A stretch of 64,000 nt of DNA from Eledone cirrhosa (GCA_964016885.1 OZ024742.1:147932001-147996000), one strand, 5' to 3'; shown: positions 13,980-26,700, counted from the first letter of the stretch. Notes: generated by a model not told the origin, from the sequence alone. A program made the numbers and translations.

Positions 13980-14865
13980 TCTATAGATATAAAACTGAGG
14001 ATGTCTGTGTGTGTCCCTAAAACTCGAGAACCACCCAACCGACTGTTTTCAAACTTTACACATGTAATACTCATGTATCAGGGAGTGTTCTGAGCAAAAA
14101 TGTCAAATTTTCAATGTCCTAGGGACCGCATTAGGCGATTTAGCGATCTCTCTTTATAATTCTTAGTCTTTCTCTTTTTAGATAGATACATACATATAAC
14201 GTTGCGCCCTTATAATATCTGTCTGTATGTCTGGCTGTCTGCATTACCTCACTTCCCTGAGGATGTCTGTGTGTGTGTGTGTGTCTGTGAGTTTGAATCC
14301 CTAAAACTCGAGAAGTACCCAACCGACCTTTTTCAAACTTTACATGTGAATTACTTATGTTTCAACTTTTACATGTGTATTATGTTTCAACTTTTTGATC
14401 CCCTAAGAACCGCATTAGTTGAAAAACTGCGTTTTTTTTCAGGTTTTTAGGGGTCTTTTGAGTCGTTACGTCAGACTGATTTCCTTGAAATTGTAACTAT
14501 GTATTAGTCAGTCTCTTCATACCATGAGCAAAAGAAAATCCAACTTTTGTATGGCCTAAGGCCCGCATTAGGTGAAAAACTTCATTTTTTTGAGGCATTA
14601 CGTCTAGCCGATTTTCCCGAAATTTCAAGACATATTATGCACATAAAAAAAATTCCTTTTCTTGATCCCCTAGGGCCCACATTAGGTGAAAACCTGCATT
14701 TTTCCTGCTTCATCAAGGAAAATCTTAAAGATTATCCAGCCATCAGAGTATTCGGTTTATTTTCTTTACATATTGTCCATGCATGCAGTTTTTCCACGAT
14801 TAGGTCTGTTGGCAGCTCACATTCCAAAATACCTTATCCCGTGCAACGCCAGGTACCACTGCTAG
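13980..14865 (+). mobile_element. Non-autonomous Helitron
   Basis: A|TC start 'tctatagatataaaactg'; 3' hairpin cccgtgcaacgccagg then ctag|T. Confidence 0.75.
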
Positions 14866-14927
14866 TAAATAATATGATATATTCTATGTATAAATGAATA
14901 TTATATATTTTTTATTTTACTACATCT

Positions 14928-16142
14928 ATCTAAACTATAATAAAGAAAGGGCTGCAGGACTGCATACGGTTTATTTCTTTTAATCCAGTTTGTAAAATAA
15001 GTTGGATTACTTTGAATAAATAATGAATGAATATTACATAATTTATGTGCTAAATTTCGTAAACAAATAATTTCGGAGAAATAAATAATCTAAAATTGAC
15101 TTCTTTTCAAAGTTGCACTTCCGGTATATCGTCGCCATCACCACCACTTCAACTACCATATATATAGAAAGAGAGAGTGTGTGATGAGAGAGAGATAGAG
15201 AGATTATGATTTTCTACACACTGACACGTATGAGTGTGCACATACATACATCTATATGCATGAGTATATAACTATAATCGCGCAAACACAAACTTATAAA
15301 AATACACACTCACGGACATAATTCACACAAATACACATACATACATTCACACATATACATTTACACAAACACACACATACAGTCATGATAGCATTCGTTT
15401 TAATTGGAAATGGGAGGGTAAAACAAGTATAACATTTTATTTATTTGTTAACTCTTTTTTTAAAACTCATTTAATATAACTAGGAGAAAAACCAGCCGAA
15501 GGGTGGTTTTCTGCTAGCTTGTGTAGTGTGTATATTGATATTATACGCAAGTATATATGCATGTAGATATGATACATCAAATAAAACCGTAATTGACAAT
15601 ATACACAGAAAGTAAACGACGACTGTGTTACACTGTCTTCTGTAATCAGTAACATAATCCATGATACATTAAAAAAAGACAATATTATATATCTGCTAGC
15701 ATGTGTAGTGTGTATATTGATATTATACGCAAGTATATATGCATGTAGATATAATCAAATAAAATCGTAATTGACAATATACACAGAAATTGAACGCAGA
15801 CTGTGTTACACTGTCTTATGTAATCAGTAACTTAATACATGATACATTAAAAATAGACGATATTATATATAAACTGCATTAGGAGAAAATTAGTGACAGA
15901 AATATATGAATATTTATTTAAATGATCGCTAACCGGAAGTGTTGACATTTGAAAATTTTAAAGAAGTGAATCTTTAAATAAGTAATAAAATATATTTAAT
16001 GAACAGCCACGAAATTTAGTAGATAAATTATGTAATATTCATTCATTATTTATTCAAAGTAATCCAACTTATTTTACTAAGGGGATAAAAAATGATAAAC
16101 AGTACGCAGTCCCGCGCTTCTTACTTTATTATAGTTTAGATT
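14928..16142. repeat. Inverted repeat pair (about 14928-15130 vs 15925-16142)
   Basis: 'gtaaaataagttggattactttgaataaataatgaatgaatattacataatttat' at about 14992 is the exact reverse complement of sequence at about 16024-16078, and imperfect similarity extends on both sides. Confidence 0.8.
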
Positions 16143-16413
16143 AAGTACTGTTCTACGCCCATTGATTAGATATATATATATAAATGTAATAGCATATAAA
16201 TTATGTCTGATGCAGACACACACATGCATATATATATATATATATATATACATATACACACACAAATCGTCTTCCGAAGTTAGTGAAGCTATTATTAATC
16301 CTCCCCGGGTGAAGTAACTTGCAAATTCTTCGTAATTCATGAAATGCAATAATACATCTAACGGACACACACACACACAAATATATCTATTCATACATAG
16401 ACATATATAGGCA

Positions 16414-16575
16414 AAGTCTGGTCCGAAGTGCGCATGCGCGAAGTCTGGTCCGAAGTGCGCATGCGCAAAGGCTGGTCCATACTGCGCATGCGCGAAGGCT
16501 GGTCCGTACTGCACATGCGCGAATGCTGGTCCGTACTGCGCATGCGTGAAGGCCGGTCCAAACTGCGCATGCGCG
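16414..16575. repeat. Minisatellite, 6 x 27 bp, each unit carrying a TGCGCATGCGC-like palindrome
   Basis: Unit aaggctggtccgtactgcgcatgcgcg; flanked by ~115 bp direct repeats (16258-16375 and 16613-16725). Confidence 0.9.
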
Positions 16576-16758
16576 AATATATATATACATATATAGACAC
16601 ACATACATACCGCACACAAATCGTCTTCCGAGGTTAGTGAAGCTGTTATTAATCCTCCCCGGATAAAGTAACTTGCAAATTCTTCGTAATTCTTGAAATG
16701 CAATTATACATCTAACGAACACACTCTCTAGAATAGATATATTTGTGTATGTGTGTGT

Positions 16759-16768
16759 GAGAGAGCGG

Positions 16769-16802
<34 letters not shown>

Positions 16803-16820
16803 GAGAGGGAGAGAGAGAGA

Positions 16821-16888
<68 letters not shown>
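16759..16888. repeat. (GA)n microsatellite
   Basis: Seen directly. Confidence 0.95.
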
Positions 16889-16890
<2 letters not shown>

Positions 16891-17462
16891 GATAGACAGG
16901 TAGGTTGGCAGGTAGATAGATCGATAGATCGATACGTATATGTAATTCATTCATTCATATCAGCAGCATCTATTTTCAATTTCACTACTTGAAGCTTCCC
17001 TTCGACATTCTCAAGTGAAGATTCATGAACATTTTCCTTCAACAGTTTCCTCGCTTCTCCATCACCATTATCGCCTTTTTTTCGCCTTTTTTTTAAATGG
17101 ATTACTTTACTGATTACAGAAGTAAGTGTAACACAGTCTTTGTTCGGTTTATGTGCATATTGTCAATTTACGTATTATATCTATGTGCATATATATTTGC
17201 GTATATTAATATACACACAGGGTGGTGGATTGGCAGTATGGGTAGAGGGTCGGACGCCATGCTTTCTAGCATAGTTACGTCCCTTTACAGACTGAGTTCA
17301 AATCCCACCGAGGTTAACTTTGCCTTTCATCCTTACGGGGTCGATAAAATAAAGTACCAGTAATGTACTGGAAAATTGCTGGCCTTGTGCCAAATGTAGA
17401 AACAATTAATATACACACTATGTATGCTAGCAGAAAACCGCCCGAAGCGGTTCTTCTGCTAG

Positions 17463-17858
17463 TCTATATTAATAAAGCTGACGGTCGTATGTATGTATCT
17501 ATGTATGTAACAAACTTTTGGCCAAACGGCTAGACCAAACGGCACCAAATTTGCACCATAGATGTAACTTTTTCCAAGGAAGTAAGTGAGACGTCCGAGA
17601 GATGAGCAACGACTCGATTTATGAAAAACCACGGCAATAAAGTATATTCGAAAAGGGGAAGCAATTAGAATAGCGGAGTTACCTCCCTTGCATTATGCCA
17701 GTGCAACTGTTTCAACATACAGACACACTCGTACAGCAGAATCGAAACAGTTTTGTAATACTTACACTTCCAAGTACATATATATATATATATATATTTT
17801 TTTAACCTGTCTTCTCTTATCGTCTGTTTATCCAAGCGAAGCTAGGTATGTCAGCTAT
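17463..17858 (+). mobile_element. Non-autonomous Helitron directly after another Helitron-like 3' end (17427-17462)
   Basis: TC start 'tctatattaataaagctg'; degenerate end 'ccaagcgaagctaggtatgtcagcta'. Confidence 0.6.
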
Positions 17859-19117
17859 ATATATATACTAGCTGGCCTGTCTGGCTGGCGCCCGGCTAGG
17901 TATACCGGCATTTTATCTTTTCAGGAAGCACCCGTTCCACTCCAGTGCAAAGATACCGCACATCCTCTTGAGTCACATTGTCGTTTCGAGTATGTATCAA
18001 GGGGGGGGGGGGGGGATCTATTGTGGTGACTCATTTCTGACGCGTGAAAAATACCACCACCACCACTGGAATGCTCAATGACCATAATCACTTGATTCCA
18101 TGGTAAAAGTTACAACTGTGGAGTTGGACCATTAGTTTTGCCAGAATCCTGCTATTGTCACACTGGTTGTGATGGCTTTCTAAAAGATCTGATGCAGGCC
18201 TACTGCCAGGTGCTATCTGGCTGGTATGTATATATTTACCACTCTTATACACATTTAAATAAACTTTCCTAAATTACAGATATGAGTAAATAAATTCTTC
18301 ATTCATTCCTAAACCAATGGTAAATTTATTATTTTATTTTATTTTATTTTATTTTATTTTATTTGTGTTTTTTAAAATAGCCTTCACATTTTGTTTGAAT
18401 TTCAGAGGTTCTGATTGTGCAAAAAAAAAAAAGGGATAAATAAAATCTAAAATTATTTTTTTGTGTCATGCCCTTTTCACTGACAACATAACTAATGATT
18501 CTTACAAGTGCAAAGCATTATATATGCTTAATGTAATAGGGAGCAGTATTAAAAAAATCACCACTAGACAAAACTAATATTTTTATCTACATGATTTGCT
18601 TTAAAGAAACGGCAATAAAGATTCTGCTATAATTCCTACTTTAGTTAAAATTCAGCAATCATATTTCAATGGTCAAATATTGAAACTTTAATAAAATAGC
18701 GGTGAATTACCGGGTACCTCAGCTAGTATCATTTGATATTTAATATACTATTATATCACCTTTACCCCCCCCCCCCCCAGTACCCACTGCCCATTAGGCA
18801 CCAGCGGGAGGGGGGGGGGGGGTAACACCCACTTTGAGAACCTCTGTGTTAGAACAGCACCAAACATAGCATATAAGCCAATTCTCTGTTCAACGTTTCC
18901 AATATTATTTTATTTCTATATTTATTTGTAGCTTGTTGTCTGATGAATGATTGTTTGTCTGGCATGCATAATCAAACAATAGACAGATCCAAAAATGTAC
19001 ATTACAATAGTTTATTGAATTCATTAAACTCGGTTCTGTATGAGCATGACATAGTCACCTGACCTGGCATTGCTTACATCAGAATAACTCATCTAACACA
19101 TGCCAGCATGGAAAATC

Positions 19118-20418
19118 ATCATCATCATCATTTTACGTCCGCTTTTCCCTGCTTGCAAGGGTGGGACGGGTATTATTCAGCACAGCATCTCTCCACTTGT
19201 CACAGTCCTTCGTCATCTCCACCGTGAGTTTCAGCGATCTGAGGTCTGTTCTCACCACCTCCGCCCATGTTTTTCGTGGTCTACCTCTACCACGTCTTCC
19301 TTCAACTGGCATTTCCTGGCACTTCTTCACCCATCGGTCATCCTCCATGCGCATCACATGTCCATACCACAACAGTCTCCTCTCTCGCACACTACATTCT
19401 ATCCCTCTCAGACATAGTTTCTCTCTCAACACATTCATGCTGGGTCGTTCACGCACATTGACATTACACATCCAACAGAGCATGCTTGCCTCATTTCTCT
19501 CCAACCATCGCATATCCTCTGCAGTTGCTGCCCATGTCTCACTACCATGCAGCATCGCGCTCCTCACACAGGCATCATATAACCAGTCTTTCGTACGCAG
19601 GCAGAAACCCTTCTTCATCAGCAGAGGAAGCAGCTCCCTAAACTTCTTCCTACCCATCCTTATTCTAGATACTATGGCCTCGGAACACCCCCCCTCCCAT
19701 GCTAATCTGATCTCCTAGGTACCGGAAGCTATCCACCACTTCTATAGCACCCGTCTGCATTTGAAAAATGTGTCTATCAATGCGACTTCTACTGTCTAAT
19801 TTCCCTGTACATCTACTGCATACGTATTTCTCCCTACCTGTTAGTTTGCCTGCTATCCCACTACATCTCTTGTGTACCCAGGATCTGCATTGTGTGCATT
19901 TTATAGAATTTATGCCAGTTCCTTTTCTGCATATCGAACATGGCCATTTCCCTGACGGAATCAGAGTTTTGTCCTCTTTTCTACTCATCAACACTTTTGT
20001 CTTAGCTAGGTTCACTCTCAGTCCTCTTGCTTCCAACTGCTGGTTCTATAGCCAACATTTATTATCTAGCTCCTCTACTGATTCTGCTATAAGAACCAGA
20101 TCATCAGCGTAGAGAAGTTCCCATGGACAGCCAGTCTTAAACTCCTCTGTTATGGCTTGGAGGACTATAATGAACAAGAGTGGGCTGAGGACCGAACCTT
20201 GATGTACTCCTATTTGTATCTGGAATTCCTCACTAAACTCCATTCCTACCCTGACTTTACTGGCAGCACCTCTGTACAAAGTTTTCACTGTCCTCACAAG
20301 CCACTCCTCAACACCTAGTTTCCTTAGGGACCACCAGATAACAGATCGGGGTACCCTATCAAAGGCCTTCTCTAGGTCAACAAAGGCTAAGTATAGTGGC
20401 TTATTTTTCTCTAAGAAC
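19118..20418 (-). mobile_element. 5'-truncated RTE LINE (RT C-terminal half, Cys-rich insert, 3' end)
   Basis: GVHQGSVLSPLLF...LLYADDL; C..C...C..C..WVHKRC...C..C insert; SAMLHGSETW; GRPRKTW; (ATG)n tail. Several frameshifts. Confidence 0.92.
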
Positions 20419-20644
20419 CATCATTATCATTTAACATCTATCTTCCATGCTAGCATGGGTTAGAAAGGTTTGTCCCACATGAGGCAAGATCGGTTGGGTG
20501 ACCGTGTCTTGCTCGTATAGAACTGTTTCTGGCTGGTTTACTATGGCTGGATGCCCTTCCTAACGCCAAAGATGTTAAACGGTGATGATGATGATGAAAA
20601 GATAGCATCCTGTTTTCGTAATTATTCACACACACACATATATA

Positions 20645-23341
20645 TGTAGTGACCTACATTCCGCGGGCTCACATACATTCTCTGTGCGTGATTTGGCTCA
20701 GTTCAGCCAATCAGCGCCAGTAGAAGAGGATGTATCACTATGCGCCCTGAGGAAGAAATTCCCCGCGAAGATTTGAAGAATCTCTCTCTTGTACCGGAAA
20801 CTTCAAGCCAGCAACACGCATAATAGTGTAACAGTGAGATATTGCACCCCTAGCCTCGCCGGCTTAACGGTGCAATGGCACATTCCCTTTTGTAACCTCT
20901 TTTTATCTGTAACTTCAACCATATAAATAAACAAACATTTCATCTCTAATTACTGCGGTTGAGGTCGTTATTATGTTACCCGTGTCTCAATAACATCTTT
21001 AATCCGTGCTGCTGGAATTGGCGACCTGACGAAAGGAATATTGTAAATAGATGGTAAATAGATCGAGGGACCTTCCCTCACGTCTATGTCAACAAGATAA
21101 TCCAACGAGGATACTATCACTTACCACACTGGCAACTAACGACCACTGATTCTACCACCCTGCTAAAGTGGCGATAACATCTATAACTAATTACTGCTAA
21201 AGTGGTGACTGACGTAAGAATATCACGCAGCCCTTCTTATTCATTCAGTTTAACTTTTATTGCCACGTCGCAACTTGCGAAAATCCAGAATATTCCTTTT
21301 AAGATTTTTGAAAAATTAGCAGTATTTCAAAAACCTTTTTCGCCACGAAAAAATTTCAAGATGGCTACCGACATGTCATGGCTACACTTGACAACAACAA
21401 TGACAGCAGCAGCGACAGCGTTGTTTAACCACTGACCAATACAGGGAACAGTGAGTGGCAGCTTCATTACCTTACCAACGCCAACCACCACACATCGGAA
21501 ATTTCAAAACGGCTTGTAACTTTACCGACGCAACCACCATACCTTCTGTCTTGTTACCACAGGGATGCGAGAAATTGAGACAGTAGTTTTCTCACCATTA
21601 TGGCGTCAGACGTGACTGCCATATTTGGTGACTCCTACTCTACAGAAGATTCTTTGACTTTGCTTTAACAATAAGCAACAAAACCTTCGGGACGGTAAAA
21701 TGGCCACAAAATCTCACAAAAACACCATACATCTAACCCCTAACGGCATTAACAAACTTCTTTTTCAGTTTTCAGATAGAACTAGTGTCTGTACACTGGT
21801 GATGTGTGAACTATTTGACTTTGAAAAACTTTGAACTTATTGAGCAATTTCTCTGCTCCCTTAGATTGACTTTGAATTATCAGTTTGTTACATTCACATA
21901 TTTCTTTGTAGAATGCATTTACTTGTTTTGTGCTCTTTTGCTATTTGTTTGCTCATGGTTTTTGTTCATTCACATTCTTTGCTGTTTTACATGCCTGCAT
22001 ATGCACACATTCTTTTTATCACACACCAACATGTAGTTCTTGCTATATGTTCTTCAAACGTAATATTCTGCGAGCCCCTTTTCACCTGGTTGAGATACTG
22101 TCACATGCTAGCAGCTCACAGAGCTTAATCCACTGGATTCAAACAGACATCGCAACACGAGAATACTAATTGCAGCTGAACTCAAACAGCTTCGCATCTC
22201 GTTGCACACTGATCGTCCATGACGGCCATCCGTCTTGTTGTTTTTGCCCAACTCGCTGGGAAAGCAACAAATTGAACTGGACTTGTCAGTATTTCAGCCA
22301 CTTCTGTGGATTCGCCCAAATTATGGAATTTACACTGCAACCCACCTACAGATTAAACTTGCCTTTTTTTCTTTACAAAGCAACCAGCCATTTTTTCCTG
22401 GCTCCACAGCACATTCGACAATACATCTGGAGGCCATCATTTTCTCGCCAGCACTGGTAAACTACCATAATAGCTTCGTTCACAGCTACTGGTACAACGC
22501 TTACCATTAACATTTAATGCAAGAACAGCAACTTCGCCCATGTCAGACTTTATCCGTTTATTGTTAGACCTTTGGCGGTCACGTATAAACAACAAAACAA
22601 TTGGTCATTTGACACAGCGGCTCAACACGGCCCGTAGCGCCTCATTTTTTGTTCTTGCATGCAACCTTCTGCTCAATTATTTTTTCACTGATGTGCTCTT
22701 TCAGCATTTGTTCTTGCTGATTTAATAATATGTGGGCCCTTGGTTTCTTCGTTATCGATTTTCGGTTGAAAATCTGGTCGGAGGTGATGTAGTGACCTAC
22801 ATTCCGCGGGCTCACATACATTCTCTGTGCGTGATTTGGCTCAGTTCAGCCAATCAGCGCCAGTAGAAGAGGATGTATCACTACGCGCCCTGAGGAAGAA
22901 ATTCCCCGCGAAGATTTGAAGAATCTCTCTCTTGTACCGGAAACTTCAAGCCAGCAACACGCATAATGTAACAGTGAGATATTGCACCCCTAGCCTCGCC
23001 GTTAAGCCGGCGCAATGGCACATTCCCTTTTGTAACCTCTTTTTATCTGTAACTTCAACCATATAAATAAACAAACATTTCATCTCTAATTACTGCGGTT
23101 GAGGTCGTTATTATGTTACTCGTGTCTCAATAACATTTTTAATCCGTGCTGCTGGAATTGGCGACCTGACGAAAGGAATATTGTAAATAGATGGTAAATA
23201 GATCGAGGGACCTTCCCTCACGTCTATGTCAACAAGATAATCCAATGAGGATACTATCACTTACCACACTGGCAACTAACGACCACTGATTCTACCACCC
23301 TGCTAAAGTGGCGATAACATCTATAACTAATTACTGCTAAA
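20645..23341 (+). mobile_element. Non-autonomous LTR retrotransposon; LTRs 20645-21201 and 22788-23341
   Basis: About 555 bp direct repeats with only a few differences, termini TGTAG...CTAAA, and TATA on both flanks (4-bp TSD). PBS-like TGGTGACTGACG follows the 5' LTR and a weak purine tract precedes the 3' LTR. The LTR has CCAAT and AATAAA; no gag/pol ORF is recognisable. Confidence 0.85.
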
Positions 23342-25247
23342 TATACATATAAACAGGCTTCCTTACAGTTTCTGCCTACTAAATTCACTCATAAGGTAAG
23401 GCTAAGTGGTTGCTAGGTGAACTTCTTAAACACACAGCCATGCCAGGGTTTATATCTAATTTATATATAGAATTTATAAATACATTAATTTCTGTATGAA
23501 AGACAGAATGCAAGTGATTAAGAAAGCAGTTGGATATCAGCAGATGTGAGCAGGAAAACTGGCTGTGTTGGTATGAACATATACCATAGATAGATGACAA
23601 GTGCTGAGTAAAAAAAAGCAACATTTATTGACAAGAGAATATGATAACACTGGAAGAGGAGGAAGTGATGAGATCAGATCTTAAAATATTTGGCTTAAAA
23701 AACTCTAGGACACAGAATAGTGAGGAGTGGCAATATTTCAGATCTGTCCAACCCATGTCAGTTAGGTAAAATAGACATTATAGCAATGATAGTGATGATG
23801 GTGGTGATGGATATGATGATAGTAATGGTGGTAGTGGTGGAGCTGATGTGTAATGATGAAAATTTATTCATTCACTATATGGTATATTTTATAGAAATCT
23901 TGTATTGTTTTTTTGTGTGTCTAATCAAATCTACGCTAGAATAAGATTTCCCAAAATATTGTTGGTTTGTTGATTATAACTGAGAGAATTTGAGATATTA
24001 AAAACACTGAATCTTATGATAACTAGTTTATTGAATTCATTAAACTTAAAAAAGGATCATGGGCATTGTCCTTCCCCATTGGCTAAACAGTAAAGAAAAA
24101 TATCTTTGCTGCAGCAAGACTAAAGAGATTTTTTTTACATAGTATTTGTTTATTAATTTCTTATATGGTATCAGCTATGGTTATCAAATCTTAGGTTGTA
24201 TGACTGATAGTAGTATCATTGCTAATATATTGGTGGGATACATATGAATTAATTAGACAGGCATCAAACAAATCAGCTGTAATGTGCAAAAGAGAAGACT
24301 ACACTGGTACAAATATGTGATGTGTATGAAGGATGACAGTTAGATGAAAAAATATCAGGCAATCCATGTGGAAGGAGCTGATAAAAGAGGAAAACTTAGT
24401 TGTGGGAAATAGAGGTGAAGTTTGATCTCAGGATGATAAACTTCACGTAGGAGATGACAAAAGTTTCCAACAAGAAGTAAGATAATTATTTGGAAGAGAC
24501 CTGTTCAAATAATGACACCATGGAAAAAGTAAATGTAAACTGATGATAATGATGAATAAGGTTACATTTCTACTCCATTCTACCAAAACTTAGTTGTGTA
24601 AAATCTTATTTACTAAATTGTCTGTTAATTATAACATTTCAGAAGAGTCCACATTTGGGGAAGAAGTATTAGGCAAAGTATTTATAGGGAGAGATGGATG
24701 CATCAAGTGATACAGGGGTTTTTGAATATTGATATTTTAACTTCTTTTAATCATAACGCACATATTTTGGTGAATAAATGTGAATGACATACAAAAACAT
24801 AGTCACCAGTATTTGACAAATTTCTTGAAGAAATCTTATTTTGAAGATAATTATTCATGAAGGGGATGAAGCAAACTTTTTAGTGCTGGTACCATAATAA
24901 ATGCACCCAGTACACTCTGTAAAGTGGTTGATAATTGAACAAAAACAACATAGAGAAAAAAGGACTCTTTACTCTTGTCAAAGATATAACACTTTTTTAA
25001 TGTTGGTGCCATGATAAATGCACCCAGTTCACTATATAAAATGGTTGGGGCTAGGAAGACCATCCAGCTGTAGAAACCATGCCAAAAATGGAATGTACAA
25101 GCAAGGTGAGGTCTTTTGAAGCATCTATGAGGGCAATAACTTTAAATATCAACTGACTCAAGCCATAATAACCACCCAACCCATGCTAACATGGAAGACA
25201 TATAAAATTGATGAAGAATTGATGAAGATTAAATTCTTAAAACTTAC

Positions 25248-25342
25248 TTCAGCATGTTGACCTGGTGCTAAAACTTTATCACATTTGTCACAACGTAGAC
25301 ATCTGGGATGCCATTCTTTCCCAAGAGAAGTTTTGCGCTCAG
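25248..25342 (-). CDS. Internal coding exon (95 bp) of a LIM-domain protein, probably invertebrate RASSF (LIM-RA-SARAH type); a CRIP-like gene is the alternative
   Basis: Minus strand reads tttcag|CT GAG CGC...GCT GAA|gtaagt and translates to (A)[31 protein letters not shown], a LIM zinc-finger segment (WH..C..C..C). The phase-0 donor matches the 4422-4582 exon. Confidence 0.9.
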
Positions 25343-25555
25343 CTGAAATAAAAAAAAAATGAAAATTCATTTTCAAAATTATTTGGAGGAAACCTGTTCA
25401 AATATTGAAACCATGGAAAAAGTAAATATAAAATGTAAGCTGGTCTCGCTTAGGGATCCAAGTGGATCAATGGAAGATGGTTGCTTTTGACAGGACCTAC
25501 AGGAGTGTTTGAGGACGCCCCCACAGCCCTCCTAGGTATAAGTGGGAGGAGGATG

Positions 25556-25601
<46 letters not shown>

Positions 25602-26700
25602 TTTCATTTATTAGCCACCAGGACCGACATGTAGAGGACAATACAAAGACAGGGACAGTGGGGGTTTACAATAAGGTGGAGTAAAAGTGCACAATGGCAA
25701 GACTAATTTAACAATGAAAATATAAAAATATAAAATAAACTATGCATAAATATAACAAAATAAATTCCCCGATAGGGGTGTACGACCCTGGGGTGGTTCA
25801 AGTACCCCACCAATCCTGAACCACCCTGCGCTTCTAGGGCACCCAGGGAGAGCACCCCTCTGCTCAAGTTAGCTAGCCTATAGGCGCATGGTCAGAGTAG
25901 GCCCATTCACACAAGCCATTCTCGCCACATTCACCCACCTTTTAGCAAATGTACTGGGGGGCAGCACTTCTCTCTCCACCCTCACCTTCCTTTCCAGGTG
26001 AAACTTGAAGAAGTTGATGAGGGATTGGCCGAAGAGAAAAGTGTCTGTCTTCAGTCCTTTCAACCTGTTCCACCATATAATCTCTTTCGCAACTGCCACC
26101 AGACAGGAAAATTTCCTGCTCTTCCTGACCTAAGGAAGGCGGTGGATCGATCTTCACTATGGACTCGGCCGATAGCCGGATTTGTTCCACACGCGACAGT
26201 AGCTGTTCGACATAACTCCACAAGTCAGTAATGCACGGACATTGGACAAGTCCGTGCAGAACGGTTTCGTCGTTCTGTGCGCATCTTGGGCAGGTCCGTC
26301 TGACAGCACTTCCGTGCCTGTAGAGTTTATCCCGAACCGGCAGTGCCGCCCGGTAGCACTGCCAAGCGAGGGATTTCTGGAAATTGTCCATCGTCCCCGG
26401 CTCAAAAGTCCTCCGGTACAGACTGGTCAGTTCGACTTCGTCGAGGCCCAAAGCTTCTCCGAGTGCATCATCGCACTTGCCTACCACTAATCCTCTATAG
26501 AACTCGAGAGTGGAAGTTCCACTGATCGCATTGCCCGCTTGGTAGAGGGCAGTGAGTGCCTGGCAACATTCCAGGTGCCAGTCACCCAGTCACCCAGAAT
26601 AATAAAAGTTAGTCCAGCCCCGCTTTTTGGAACACTTCAAAAGGCATGCTTGCTGGGAACAGCAAGAACCCTCCGATACGTCCTGAATATCTGAGGCTGC
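25556..26700 (-). mobile_element. L1/Tx1-clade LINE 3' fragment with a (TTA)n tail
   Basis: WQCYRAALPVRDKL...CPRC...ETVLHGLVQC, the zf-RVT-like C-terminal motif; frameshifted. Confidence 0.8.

Larger units (their letters stand above)
13644..18846. mobile_element. hAT (Charlie-like) non-autonomous element expanded by nested insertions
   Basis: 14-bp TIRs cagaggttctcaaa / tttgagaacctctg; 8-bp flanks ttttagaa and tgttagaa (7/8 match). Confidence 0.6.

Noticed and set aside
16414-16575. CRISPR-like regular repeat
   Set aside because: Contiguous tandem units with no unique spacers, eukaryotic context and no cas genes.
16077-16992. ORFs with AHAQYGPAF, MRMR and ERER repeats
   Set aside because: Products of the 27-bp minisatellite and (GA)n; no splice or homology support.
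18850-18880. Minus-strand GLYAMFG resembling a LIM C-terminus
   Set aside because: No cysteines or splice acceptor; the real exon is at 4422-4582.
18935-18990. CUGAUGA followed by a hairpin
   Set aside because: No GAAA or cleavage junction after the stem.
20745-20810. CUGAGGA...GAAAC in the LTR as a hammerhead
   Set aside because: Stem II does not close next to the core and stems I and III do not form.
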